From the NCBI RefSeq assembly GCF_009914755.1, contig NC_060926.1: a stretch of 64,000 bases of DNA. One strand, given 5' to 3'. The position numbers and the translations under genes were made by a program. Source of the DNA: the human T2T-CHM13v2.0 reference genome, Homo sapiens. Numbering within the stretch: the stretch's first letter is position 1; each line of letters begins with the position of its first letter. Of this stretch, positions 1 to 15,848 are shown piece after piece. Below the pieces are notes generated by a model. It worked only from the letters and a program-made list of their open reading frames with translations. It had not been told where the DNA came from and did no database searches.

Positions 1-283
1 CTCAGCCTCCCAAAGTGTTGGGATTACAGGCATGAGTCACCATGCTCAGCTTGGTTTTTAATTACAGAAAATTTCAAACATAGACAATATAATGAATATC
101 ATGTTTATACTCAGATCCCACATTTGCCATATTGTTTCATCTGGATAGCTGTTCACTTTCCCTGTATTTGAAGCAAATCCTAGATATCATATCATTTTGT
201 TCATATTTTAGTGTGTATCTCTAAAAGATAAGGATTGATTTTCCTTTTAAATAAAACCGCAGTACAATTATCAAGAAATGTAA

Positions 284-597
<314 letters not shown>

Positions 598-634
598 ATC
601 AATTTGTTAATATTATCAAATTGGCAGTATTTAA

Positions 635-1097
<463 letters not shown>

Positions 1098-1099
1098 CT

Positions 1100-4000
1100 A
1101 TATAATTTTTAAAACATCTTCATTCCCTGCCACCACCCCACCCCAAAAAACCCCAAGCTCATTAACAATTATTCCCATTTCCCCTCATACCCTCTCTAAC
1201 CTCCCCCAACCCCCAACCTCCAATCTAGGCAATCACCAATCTACTTTCTTTCTCTGTAGAGTTGCCTATTCTGGACCTTTTATATGAATGAGATCATACA
1301 CTTTGGTCTTTTCTAACTGGCTTCTTTTAAGTAGCATATTTAAAGGTTTATCTGTACTGCAGTATGTATTATTACTTTATTCCTTTTTCTTGTTCAATAA
1401 TATTTCATTGTGTATATTTTTACCACATTTTGTTCATCCGTTAATCTGTTGATGGACATTTATTTGGTTTGTATCCACTTTTTGGTTATTATGAGTAATG
1501 CTGCCATGAATTTTTATGTGAACATACGTTTTCATTTATCTTGGGTATACCCAGGAGTGGAATTGCCAGGTCATGTTTTCATTCTGTTTAACCTTTTGAG
1601 GAACGGCCAGTTGTTTCCAAAATTTCTGTACCATTTTGCAGTTCCTCTAGCAGTGTATGTGGCTTTTGTTTTCTTCACATCATCATCAACACGTGTTACT
1701 GTCTTTTTTTATTTTAGCCATCCTGCTGGGTATGAAGTAGTATCTCACTGTGAATTTGTTGTGCATTTCCCTGATAACTAATTGTATTAGTCTGTTTTCA
1801 CACTGCTACAAATAAACACTTGAGACTGGGTAATTTATAAAGAAAAGAGGCTTAATTGACTCACAGTTCCCCAGGCTGTACAGGAAGCATGGCTGGGAGG
1901 CCTCAGGAAACTTACAATCATGGTGGAAGGCAAAGGGGAAGCAAGCAGGTCTTCACATGGCCGGCGGGAGAGAGACAGAGAAAGAAGCAGGAGGTGCTGC
2001 ATACTTTCAGACAACTATGTCTTGTAGAGAACTCTATCACGAGAACAGAAAGGGGGAGGTCTGCCCCCATTATTCAGTCACCTCCCACAAGGCCTCTCCT
2101 CCAACACTGGGAATTACTATTTGACATGAGATTTGGGTGAGGACACACAGCTATACCATATCACTAATGATGTTAAGCATCTTTACATGTGATAATTAGC
2201 TATTTATTTGTATATATTTTTTGGAGAACTGTTCAAATCTTTTGCCTGTTTTTGAATTTGGCCGCCATTTTATTGGCGAGTTGTAAGTATTTTTTTTATG
2301 TTTTCTGGATAAAAGTTTCTGATCAGATCTGTGGTTTGCAAATATTTGCTTCCATTTTCTCTTTCTGTTTTCTTGATTATAGTAGTTGATGCACAGAAGT
2401 TTTGAATTTGGTGAAGTCTAGTTTATCTGTTTTTCCTTTATCACTTATGCTTTTGGTATCATAGATGAGAAATTATTACCTAACCCATAAATGAGTCTAC
2501 AAGTTTTATAGTTTTAGCTCTTGCATTTAGCATTGATCCATTTTGAGCTAATTATTGTGTGTGGTTTGAGGTAGGGTTCCAACTTAACTCTTTTGCATGT
2601 GGTTACCCACTTGTCCCAGCACCATTTGTTAAAATGACTGTTCTTTCCCATTGAATTGTCTCAGGGCTCTTGTCAAAAATCAGTTGAGCACAAATATAAG
2701 AGTTTATTTCTAGACTTCCAATTCTATTCCATTGATTTGTATCTCTGTTCCTATGCTAGTACTACACTGTCATCATTACTGTAGCTTTGTTGTAAAATTT
2801 AAAATCAGGAAATGTAAATCCGTAACTCTTTTTCATTTTCCAGCTTGATTTAGCTATTCTATGCCCCTTGCATTTTCATATGAATTTTGAATAAGTTTAT
2901 TCTTTCTGAAAAAATAAAAAAAAAAAACCAGCAACCAGAATGTTCATAGGGATTGGGTTGAATCTCTAGATCAAATTGGGAAGTATTGTCATAATAGTGA
3001 TATCACATCTTGCAAAGCATGAACACAGGATGGTCTTTCTGTTTATTTAGGTATTCTTTAATTTTAATTGTAGTTTTCAGCATGCAAGTCTTGCGTTTAT
3101 TTAAATTTATTCCTCAGTATTTTAGTATGTTTTGGTGCTATTGTAAATGGAATTGTTTCCTTTATTAACCAATAGTTTTGTGTGTGAGAGAGTGAATTTC
3201 TTAGGATTTTCTTTTGACAAGATCATGTCATCATGTCATTTGCAAATAGATATGTTACTTCTTTCCAATCTAGATGCCTCTTTCCTTTTTCTTTGTCTTT
3301 CTTGTATAAGTATCCTGGATAGAACCTCCAGTACAATGTTGAATAGAAGTGATGAGACCAGAACACTTGTCTTCTTCCTAATCTTAGAGGGACAGTTTTT
3401 AGATTTTCACTAATTATCATATTAGCCATGGATTGTTTATAAATGCCCTTTATCAAGTAGAAGAAGATCCCTTTGTTACTTGTTCATTGAGTGTTTTCAT
3501 CCTGAAAGTGTGTTCAGTTTTGTTAAGTGCTTTTCCTGCATCTGAGATATCATGTGGTTTTTGGTCTTTTATTCTATTAAGGTGGTATATGACATTGATT
3601 TTTAGATGTTAAATTGACCTTGCATTCCTGAGATAAATCTCACTTGGACATAGTATGTAATGCTTTTTATATGTTGCCTGATTTGATTTGCTAGCATTTT
3701 CTTGAGGTCTTATATCTATATTCTTACATAATAGGATTTTTAAAAAGATTTTAATTATGGCAAAATACACATAACATAAAATTTACCAGCTCAACCATTT
3801 TTAAGTATACAGTTTAGCAGTGTTAAGTATACTTACATTTTTTTGCAACCAATTTGCAATTTCTTGCAAAACCAAAACTCTATATCCATTAAAAAAAACT
3901 CCCCATTTTCTCCTCTCCTGAGCCCTTGGTAACCACCATTCTACTTTCTGTTCCTATGAGTTTGACTACTCTAGATACTTTACGTAAGTAAATTCATGTA

Positions 4001-4270
4001 TTTGTCTTTTTCTGACTGGCTTATTTCACTTAGATTAATGACCTCAAGATTCATCCAAGTTGTAGCGTAAGTCAGAATTTCCTTCCTTTCTAAGGGTGAA
4101 CATACCACATTTTCTTTATTCATTTATCTATCAGTGGACAGGGTTGCTTTTGCCTTTTGCCTATTGTGAATAATGCTGCTAAGAATATGGGTGTATAAAG
4201 ATCTCTTTGAGACCTTGCTTTCATTTCTTTCAGGTATATACCTAGAAGAGGAATTCCTGGATCATAGCAC
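1100..4270 (-). mobile_element. Old L1M (MB/MC-like) fragments in PTPN4 last intron
   Basis: Antisense L1 3' UTR and ORF2 motifs (CCCAGCACCATTTGTTAAAA, GGATTGGGTTGAATCT.TAGAT, AGTACAATGTTGAATAGAAGTG); a second 3' end at approx. 3750-4270. Confidence 0.85.
1783..2163 (-). mobile_element. MST/THE1-group MaLR solo LTR (MSTA-like)
   Basis: TGTATTAGTCTGTTTTCACACTGCT...ACCATATCA with perfect 5-bp TSD CTAAT (1778-1782 / 2164-2168), inserted in an L1M. Confidence 0.9.
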
Positions 4271-4914
4271 ACATGGGCTTTTGGTTTTGTTTTTATAATT
4301 TGTTTAAAATCAGAATTCAGATATAGTCTACACATTTTGATTGGTTTATATGTCTCTTAAATCTCTTTTAATTGAAAGCTTCCTCCTTCATTTCTTGTTT
4401 TTTTTTTTTTTTTTTTTTTTTTTTGGTAATTTACTTGATAAACGAATCAGGTTGTTTGCAACATATTTCTGACGGCGTGAATTTTGCCAATTTACATCCT
4501 CAAGGTGGTGTTCTCTGTGTTTCCTAAAAGTGGTACATGTATGGCTTGAGCATCTTAGGTCATATATTCTTTCTTCAAACGCACATAATGTCTGATTGTC
4601 TTTTTTTTGTGAAGTTAGCACCCTTGAGTAATCAATCCCTGCATTCATTAATTCATTGGATTTGCAAAATAATGATATTCTAATTCTATCATTCTGTCTT
4701 TATTAGCTGGACTACTTCTTTAAAGAGAAACTTCATATCTACTATTTGGTTAGCAAGTGGTATAGCATGTGTAGGAAAGGCAAGAAAAACATTTGATTCT
4801 TTCCCTTTATCTATAAGCTTTCAATATAATGAATCATTTACTAGCTTCCTCCAAGGGTGATGACTTAAATTTATTTGGGTATTATTTTGAAATCAAGGAT
4901 TTAAACATAGTTGA

Positions 4915-5250
<336 letters not shown>

Positions 5251-5864
5251 TGTAGTTATTTTTCTTAGTGATATCCAGATTGTCCTATTTTTGGCCAGTG
5301 GGAGCCTGTTCACCTTGGCTTCTGAGTCCTTTTGTCAAGACCCTGGTAACTTTGATAGCTTTGTTGCTATCAGAAAATATATCCAGGCCCAGCTTGTACA
5401 TCTTGTGCCCCTGATTTAGAATCAGTAGTTTCTCCAAGAAGCCCGGTTCTTTTTATTGAGAAACTATTTTAGGCACCAACCTCTGAGCACTAAGGACTTT
5501 TATTTGCTTGGGTTAATTTTTGTCTCTCAAAATGATAAATGGCACAACCAGTAAAATACATTTATCATAGGTTAATGCTTATGCTTCCAATACAAATTCA
5601 GGACCACAGTGTTTTTACTTAGCCTCTTTTACATCTTTAACAAGAATACTGGTTCTTTACAATATTAGCAATGAAAGACTTAGAATATCACAAATACTCC
5701 ACATTACACAACTGTTTCAGAATAACAACACTACCACTATAAACAGTATGGCTAATGAAAAGAGTTTTCCTTTTTTTCACAGCTCTTTTTGCCCTTTGAG
5801 TATATTCTCCCACAGTATGCAGTCAAATTACTGAGGTGTTTGTTTGTTTGTTTGTTTATTTGCA

Positions 5865-6155
5865 GTATTTTTGAGACAGAGTCTTGCTCTGTTGCCAGGC
5901 TGGTTTGCAGTAGTGTGATCACCACTCATCGCAGCCTCAACCTCCTTGGCTCAAATGTTCCTCCCATCTCCACCTCCCAAGTATCTTAGGACTACAGGCA
6001 CACACCACAGCACCCACCCAATTTTTTTTTCTTTTTTTGTAGACACAGGGTCTTGCTGTGTTGCCCATGCTGGTCTTGAATTCCTGGCCACAAGTGATGC
6101 TCCCACCTTGGCCTACGAGAGTGCTGGTATTACAGGCATGAGCCACCATGGCCAG
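5865..6155 (-). mobile_element. AluJ
   Basis: Diverged antisense dimer. Confidence 0.88.
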
Positions 6156-6184
6156 CCAAATTACTGTTTTAAAGTCCCTTCAGG

Positions 6185-6507
<323 letters not shown>

Positions 6508-6708
6508 TCATCAACTAGATACACACATTGATTAGTTTTATGATATTGTCAATGCTTAGGGATTTTAAGATTTTTATAATTATATGCTATATTTACATTA
6601 TTCCAAAGTATAAATCTAAAAAGGAAGGTATATTTAATGAAGTCTAGTCTAGTCTCTGTCCCTCTCCTGCTCCCATTTCCCTCCATCCCTTTATAAGAAA
6701 CTATTTTT

Positions 6709-7059
<351 letters not shown>

Positions 7060-7724
7060 TTATTCTTCCATTGCTTTTTTTTTCTTAACATACATCAAGA
7101 TAGATACTGTATTTTCTTCCCTTTCTTTTATAAAGGTAATATAATATATTATACGTACTTTACCTACCTTGCTTTTTTTACTTAATAAAATAACCTGGAA
7201 TCATTCTCTAGTAGTTTGTAGACTTTTATCCCTTTTCTTCCCGACTAGCTAGTATTCCATTTTGAGAATGTACAGTAGTCACCTGGTCCCTGTTGATGGC
7301 AATTAAATTGTTTCCACCTTTTCTGTTATAAATAATTAGGCAATGAATAGCCTTGTTTGTGAATATGTGTTTTCAGTTTCTTTTTCTGGTTTATTTTTTG
7401 GATAGATTCTTAGAAGTGGGATTGCTGGGTGAAGAGGTAAATTAGGTTAATTTTCTTATATGCTGCCAAATTCCCCTTTATAGAGGCTGCAGTATTTTAA
7501 CATCCCTACCAGCAACATATAAGTGAGTTTTGCCAACAAAATATATTGCCAAACTGTATTTTTTAACCAGTCTAGACTGTTAGTGAAAAATGGTATCTTT
7601 ATGCAGTTTTGTTTTGCATTTTTTAAGTAAGCAAGCCAAGTGAGATGTTTGTCTTTTTTGGGGGGAGAGGGGACGGTTTTCTGACTTTTCTGATCAGTTC
7701 TGTTTTTTATATTTTATTTTTCAG

Positions 7725-7811
7725 AGTCAATACAGATTTGTATGTGAAGCTATTTTGAAAGTTTATGAAGAAGGCTTTGTTAAACCCTTAACAACATCAA
7801 CAAATAAATAA
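7725..7811 (+). CDS. PTPN4: Last coding exon of tyrosine-protein phosphatase non-receptor type 4 (PTP-MEG1), C-terminal 28 aa + stop
   Basis: Polypyrimidine tract and ttttcag acceptor at 7721-7724, then phase-0 frame SQYRFVCEAILKVYEEGFVKPLTTSTNK-TAA (7809-7811). QYxF is the end of the PTP Q-loop and the sequence matches the PTPN4 C-terminus as I recall it. Confidence 0.96.
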   Translation, partial: SQYRFVCEAILKVYEEGFVKPLTTSTNK

Positions 7812-10800
7812 GAAAGCAAAAAGATCTGGGATATGTGTTGGAAAACTGCTTTCCCTTATGTTCACTGTGCCATAATGCTGCTCGCAGGAAATGGCATTTT
7901 ACAAAAAAAAAATGAAGAACTCAAAAAAACTTTGAAAACTTCAGCACTGTTGCACTTTATGTTTTAAAAAATGTCACTCTTTCAAAATCTATAACTCATG
8001 TATTTGAAGACTGTTTCATGCTTTGCTCCGAACAAATAGTAAATAACTGAGTATGTTCAGGGTAATTTATGAAATTTTGTGGTGGTGCCATGCAATCCCC
8101 TTTTGGTAGAATTGCCACAAACAAGGCTCAAAATTCTCATCATCTCTGTTATACACCTGTATCATGAAAGCAAAAAGAAGTAAACATCAGGAGTCAGCTC
8201 TGGTCTTTTGCAGTGGTTTGCGTACTTACTATACTGATTACCAGATTTTATTTTTAAAATTTTAGCAATATCGTTCTTAATATTAGCCAATACACTGCCT
8301 ATGGATGCAGCACATTTTTCCCTGCACACCCCCTGTAGAGACCTGCCTGCTGCTCAGAAGAAGAAAGATGGAATTTGCTGTTCCCAGGAAATGCTGCACA
8401 TTGTCCATTTACCAGCATCTTATAGAAAATATAAATATGAATCTACAAATTCTCTTGGATTTAATAATGTAACTTATATTTATCATAAGGTTGGCTTATT
8501 CCAAATCATGTGATTTCACATACTTGATGTAAAGGAATGCATGCATTGTGTCTTAACCCCTTAAGTGCCTTGAGACGTCCTTGTATGTCTAACGAAAAGG
8601 CACTCATTTGACCCCACTAGGAGGTATATATGTATATTGTACATTCGTATATTTTTATGCATTTTGAATAAGTTCACATTTTAAAAAACAGCTATATTGA
8701 GTGTTATACAGTCAAAGAAGGGTAAGGAAATTCTGTTTCTTACTCAGTACTCGTGATTTGCTATAAGAAGCAAAGATAATTTGTGTTCTACTGAGTGCAC
8801 ACTGCTGCTATGGAATTGTTCAAAATCTGCACATTCCTTTACTTGAGGGACTGAGGGGTTACGGTTTAGCAGCTCAACTTTAAAAGATGCTTTTATGCTT
8901 CAAATTTCATATTTATTTCATCCCTAACTTTAGGAAGACATCTAACATGCAGATTAATGTTAAACATATTGATAATCTAAGCTAAAGTTAGAGCAAATAA
9001 TTGTGATTTATTCATGTCCATAACTAAAATATTATTCTTTAGCACTCATTTCAGTTAATATCAAGCTTTGTTCACACTGATATATTGATTGGGATTCTTC
9101 AAACGAAGAATGAAACATTATTGACTTATTTCTAAGTGTAATAACTCAATAACTAAATTGAGAATTTTCTTGTTTTTTGTGTACAATTAAATTATTCCAT
9201 TTTATATATACTTATTAAGTTATAAGCATGTTAATAAGGAGACTTTTGACTGTCCAGCCTAATGGAGGATCTGATTCCCATTAAGGATGTGGGAATTCCC
9301 GTATTTTCCTCTTCAGGTTTTTTTGTTTTTAAGTCTACAGAGAGATAGAACCTTAACATTGCCCAGTTTGATAAAAGTGAAAATTTGCTCACCTATACAA
9401 ATGTTATTTTACACAATTATTTTATGTGGATTGGGGTTTTAAAAGATTCATTTCCTAGCAGTTTCTGAATATTTCTGTAAGATCTTGATAAAGTTTAGAG
9501 TCAAATGGCAGATATTTTGGAAAGCCATTTAGTATGAGGGGAAGAGTACACATTTTAAATCTTTGGTATAATCTAAACGATGTCATTTCAGACATTCAAA
9601 ACTCATAATAATAAATTTCAGGAAATCAAGCTCCTAAACATTAATAGCCAAGATACCAAATAAATTATCATATTAAAATATTTAAGTTTATTTAAAGAGA
9701 GAAGTAAACATAAACTTATGTCAAAGAGAAATTCTCTTAATCTATTTCCTGACTTCACAGTCAAAACAGTATAAGATAGTGAAGTAACTTATAATCTTAT
9801 TTGGTCATTCTGTTCTATAAACAGACAAATATAATTTAGGCTGCTATATGACATGATAAATTAAAAACTGAGAAAGTAAAATTATGTCGGGGTCTACACA
9901 TTAAATGACTGTTTTGGCAGTTTTTCACCTGAATTTAAAAATAAAATTTGTCTGTTCTATCTGTATGGACAGAATATGACAACCATAGACCAAAAGATAT
10001 CATTGTATAGATGTAAAGAGACAAAAGTCATGGTTGGCATGTTCTTTAATTTAGGGCCTTGTTTATACTTGTGAGTTTAATAATTTCTTGGCAATGAGCA
10101 CTGCTGCCTTTTTAAATCATCAATGCCTGTCTTTAAATGCCAATCATTAGAAGTTTAGAATTACATTTAAATTTCTCATATATGAATTTTTCATCTGGGA
10201 ACTACCCACTGTCGTCATTTTTATGTGCAGAAAAGATCCTTTTTGAAAACCATATTTATTGGGATCTTATTTAAATTTAAATTATCCTTTACAACTTCTT
10301 AAAATGAATATGCTAATAGATAAGACTTTATCCATTACATCTAAGAACTTTTTAACCTGTATATCAATCTAAATAGGTTTCTAGAAATAATCCTAGCTTT
10401 CATACACCATGTAGTTCTAGACTCCGTCCATATCAGTGTAACATTGTGTGATAAAATGCCAAATGTCTTGTATCTAAGCTACGCTCCCACTCTTCCAGCC
10501 ACCCCTACCTCCCACCTTGACACCCTTAAGAAAGCAATGCTGACTTTTATTCTGACAAGTGGAAATCAATAGTGGTTAATCAAGTGGATTTTGTAAATGC
10601 TAAGAAGTGTTTGTGAAAACCTTCCCTTTCTGAGTTAGGATTGTTTTTTCCTGTTCATTTCAGGTGTTTTATTGAGCATCTGATTTGTGTCAGCACCATG
10701 TAAATATGATGAGGAGTATTTGGAATAGACTTTACATTCACCAGAAAATTGATAGTATTTGTTAAACCAATGCATCCATTCAAAATAGAGGCAGAGTAAA

Positions 10801-13800
10801 CAGCCTAAGAAATGATTTCCTTTCTACAGTCTGCTAGGAGAAAGAGGTGAGAGGGGAGTGGTTGATGATTTTAATCAAGAGTAAAGGGAACATTTATTAC
10901 ATGAAATCTGACTTCAGTTGTGCAAAGGTATGTTAAGACATTAAGACAATTGCTGGAAGGTTTCAAATATGTGTACACACACATAGAGCTACTTTTGTGT
11001 GTTTATTTATATGTATATTTCACAAAGGCTAATGCCCACAGAGGAAAATGATTATTTTAACTTCTGGGTTATCATCTGCTGGCAGGGTCTGATCAGGTCT
11101 AGAGTATTTAAGGAAAAGTCTCCTGTCTTCTATCTCCACTAGAAGTACTGCAGCTTGAGAGCTGAAAGGAACTTGAAAAATGTTATCCAGTCTTCACTTA
11201 GCCCATTTTTATCGGCATTAGGAAATAGGGTTCAGCAATGGTTATTGATTTAGCAGTCTGGTCTTATATGATCTGCTTTCTAATTATCTATCTAGTATTC
11301 CTATATTATACTGGAACTTCAATAAATTATAACCTATGTGAATATCATAAATTCTTGTGAATTTTTGTCTATTTCCAGTAGAGAAGCATACTCAGCCAAT
11401 GTTTTCACTTAATAACTATGACAACCTTAAAGGATGTCACTTAAGTTAGAAAATAAGCAGGCTTAAGAAGTGATTCTAATTAGGACCCCCACTCAGTTTG
11501 CTAGTCATGCCTGCCTGACAGAACATAAGCTTTTGTAAAGTATTTAGACTGATAACACATGCAGTATGAAAACATTATAGACTGCAGTTAGAAGACTAAT
11601 TTTTTAAAAGCACTCAAAACATAGAACTAAGATTTAGAATATATGTCCATTTATAATGAAATAATTTATGTTCATAATGTGAACATGTAAGATAAGTAAA
11701 TAAAGCATTACTTGTTTTATAATATCAGGAAGAGAGAAGGAAACATTAGTTTATAACAATGTGCTATTTAATATCTGTATTTTGAACATTTAAAATACTC
11801 TGATGGTAAGGTTGCCAAAGTAATTTTGAATTCATAAAAATTGTTTATACCACAATAATGTGGGATATGTTTACAGGCTCTTTTATTTTGTGGTAGTTAC
11901 TTTATAGTTCAGATGAATTTGCATTTCAGTCACTTATAGTAAATAAAGTATATTAAATATTTGTTGGAATAAAAATCTCAATGTAATAGGACATAGATAA
12001 ATTATGCAACAGCCTGCTTTGATGAAAGCTGGTGCATTATGTGAGCTGCCACAGTTAATACTTTGTATTAACATTGCTTACTTCCCCCATTTGCTTCACC
12101 TATCTGACTACAATTGCTGGAATCATTCTTTTTGTGGTGCTTCCTCCAAGTGAAATAACTATGTTATTAAAACCTACTGGATTAATTTTATCAAATATCA
12201 GACTTACTGATCTCTTGGCAGAGATTTATTGGTGTCTCAGTGTGATCACAATACAAGTTGTAGCAACCATTTTATAAAACTCTTAGAGAATTATGTAGAT
12301 AAAATGGAAATTACATAATCCTAAAACATTTTTGAGGGCTAATTGATAATAATTTCAGCAATTTTATTAAGAACCCAGTAAATTAATCCCTAATTTGTAC
12401 GTTTTTTGTTCAACTTACCGTGTCTGCAACCATTATATAGACTTCATTGATACTCAGCAATTACTACAGTGTGTCTTACAATGTTATAAAAAACAAACAG
12501 CAATCTCTGTTTCTGCCAGAAGTTAGATATTTTTTTATAGTCCTGATGAATTTGTTGTGAGTAGACACCACATAGTTATTTCTGTTTGCATATAAATTTG
12601 CTGCTATTTATTTGTATGTTTTTCTACTGTAGTATGCTATTGATTTCTGAAGTTATAATCATAATTTTTATTTTAGTAATCCAAGCTAAATGGGCAACCA
12701 GAAGTAATATCTGCTAGGGTGCAATCCATCAGCATTGGTTCAGTGCATATACATAAGTAAACCAGTTTAAAAAAATTTTACTAAGCAAAAGGTAGTAGCA
12801 ATATTGCTAGTTAAAGATTACCATTTTAGGGGAAAGTTCAAAGGTTTAACTTCCTGAAACCTTTTAAACTTTTCAGTGCAAGAATGAAAATGTTTGAAAG
12901 CCTTGTTAAGCTCATAAAAGTTTCATTTAAACACTGTAGAGTTTCCTACCTTTGTTGTGTAAAGGATATAGAAAATATTTTTCTATGGACAGAAGGTTGA
13001 AACTGTTAACTTCTTTAATTTCATTGTTTAAAGGAGATAAAATGTTATTTGTGTGTCTTTCATGCTGTAAAGAAAATGAATGTATCTTTCAAATGTCATT
13101 AGAATTATGGCTTGATTCTAAGGATACTCTATTTGTTTTAAAGTCTACACGGGATTGAAAAGAAAGGGAAGAGTATTACACTTCATTGTACAAAATGTAA
13201 TTTTAGAAGAAAAACTAATTTTCATTATAAACAAGAGCAATCATTGAAGCATTTTCAGATATAATGTACATTCTTTTTCATTTTGCTTTGCCTCTAGAAT
13301 AGAAACTTTTCAGAAAATTTGCACATACTGTTTGTAAGTATAAAATAATTGAATTCTAGACTTTTGGAGTGTGGAAGGGTGTTTGTGTGTGAAGGTAATA
13401 AATGTGTTGCTGCATGTGTTTACCATAGAGAACGTTGCCAGGCTTTGTCAAATGAGGACATTGTTGTGAGGGTGTGACTTTTGTGAAGCCAGAAAACTGT
13501 GCCTAAGATTCATTACAGTGAGTATGTGCAGAGGCCCCTGACCCAGTAAATGCTTTTTGCCTTTTTATTCCCAATGTCTTGGACAGTTGAGACAACTTGG
13601 CCCAACTCTGAATTGTAGCAGTGATGTCTTATATGCTTACGAGTTTATATTAATTCAGCTGAACAAGAACTACATCTTAAACCACCTTTGTAGGTATGAT
13701 TAATACGTGCAACAGCTGCTTTAAAAGGTGGTATTTATTATTCATCACTCATGAAACTTGACTCAGTGAGGACTTCATTATTTTTATTTCTCTTTCCACG

Positions 13801-15640
13801 TCTCCAACTTTTTAAAAATCACTAATTTAACTCTTTGTTAAGTACTCAAGTACAAAGTGATCTCTTCTTTCATGAACTTTGCTATAACTGTTGAAAGGAT
13901 TGGTGTCAGGCTCTCTCAACCCTGGGAGTTTCCAAAATTTAGCAAATATTACTTGTGATAAGCTTAAATGCCACATCGCTAAGTACAATTATTACCAGGA
14001 ATCCGTCAAGGGGGAGATAGCCCCGCTCACACCCTTAGACCCAAACAGGTGCTGGTTCATGCTTTCTCCACAAATTGGCAGTTGGGTACTTCCCCACTGT
14101 CATCACAGTTGAGCTCATTTTAACATATATTCAAAGAAGCTTTTTAGTTTCTACTCCTGAATTGTAGTGTTCAAGTTATTTGCCTTCCTGGGTAAGAAAA
14201 TTTTAACCCAAGTCTGGGATTCTCTGGCACCTGTCTTTTCCCATCTTTCAATGAGTTGGCAAGATTAGGTCAAATTTCAATGCTAAATTTGATTTTTTGA
14301 ATTTTAAATAGTTGCACTTTATTTCATGCTGACCACCAACTTAATTTATACATTTTAAAATAAAATTATCCTAGAAGTGTTGTAAACGTGGGAAAATTTT
14401 AATTAGTGTTGGAGGTCATTAGATTGGACCCAGGTTTAAATATAATGATCTCTTCACAGCTTATTTGATGTTTAAGAGCAACTTGTGTGATCTTAGCTTT
14501 GCAGGTTTTCTGTAATTTATGTAGCACAATAAAGGATAACCAGTTGACTGTGTTACTGGACTCTGAGTTCTCACAGCTAGTTTCATCTAAGCTTGGTTTA
14601 TTATCATTTCTGCTTTGGATTTTTTTGTGCATCACATGAATACTTAGAAATCCATTTGTTTTCAGTGTAGTACCTAGGGTGAAGTAGATGCTGCACAAGT
14701 AAGTTTAAGGGAATAAAAGTCCCGACACTTTATATACATGTTGAGGGGCACGATTTAAGAGACTGAAACAGTTTACATTAAACTGTTTTTATTTTCTGCC
14801 AGTAGACTCTATCTGCTTAAAAAAATAAAAATTGTTCAACCCAGTGTTCTCCAGCATCAGGACATTACAGTTGTAATCTATGTTGTAATCTTTTCAAATA
14901 AGAAAAGCTACTCCTTATTCTCTACAGTGTAGGCTTAATTTTAGAACCGATAATTTACTATATCTGCATTATTGATATTTTTAAGTAGTAGTTTTAAAAA
15001 TAATTATTTCTATGTGGAGGGTGTTTTAATTTGGGATTTTTTTTTTCTTGTAACAGGTGCTATTTGTAAATATGAAGGGGAAAAGTCACTTAGTTAAAAG
15101 TCTAGCTTATGTCATAATTAAGATACAATTATTCATTTCATGTTTGATTCTATTAAACTAGTGGCAAAACAGAACTGGTCCCTTAGTTTTTTAGATTACC
15201 TTTCCCCCTATATCACAAAAATATCTCTTTCCATATGATCTCATAATTGAGGCAAAGAAGCTAAGGGTTTATTTAAAATGTGTATAAGCTTGAATTTGGT
15301 CAACACTGCATAATTTGAAATCACTCTGCATTTGTCACTGCAGCTTACTGTATGCTTGAAAGGCCTTGTGTGTTTGTCTTAATTTTAGTGAAAAAATTAG
15401 AATTTCTGCCATTCATGTACAAAAAAATTACAACTACAGCAAACAAGATAAAAATGCTGGTTTGCATTAATACTGTTTTAGTCTTAAGAGCAATTTATAT
15501 TATGTGAAATGCTGTTACACATATTTTGTTGGCCATATTTCATTTTGAGAAACAGTTGTTCAGGTACAAACATGAAAAACAACTCTAGCTATGACTCTTA
15601 ATGTTCAATTGCAAAATAAAGATGTGCTTTAGTAATCTAA
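7812..15640 (+). other. PTPN4: Long 3' UTR of PTPN4 (3' end inferred)
   Basis: AT-rich stretch with no recognisable Alu/L1 after the stop, containing many miRNA seeds. It ends at AATAAA 15615-15620, shortly before interspersed repeats resume at 15849. Confidence 0.8.
15615..15620 (+). terminator. Probable distal polyadenylation signal of PTPN4
   Basis: AATAAA at the end of the repeat-free block, with U/GU-rich sequence downstream (15651-15690). Confidence 0.7.
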
Positions 15641-15848
15641 AGTACAGAAGTTTTGAAGATTATTTTATGGGAGTTTTTCATGGGCTTTTCTAACAGTGGT
15701 TATATTTAGTAACTGGTTATCAGGAATGGAGAGAATGACAAGTGTAAAATTTATTTCTGGAGTTATTGACTCACATAGTGGCTGTATTTGAGGAAAGGGA
15801 GTAGGTGAGGAACTAAAAGGGATTTAGAAGATTAAATAGTGTCTGAAG

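Noticed and set aside
8301-14698. Short ORFs within the PTPN4 3' UTR
   Set aside because: 60-100 aa, mostly non-ATG or AT-rich chance frames, no recognisable protein similarity.
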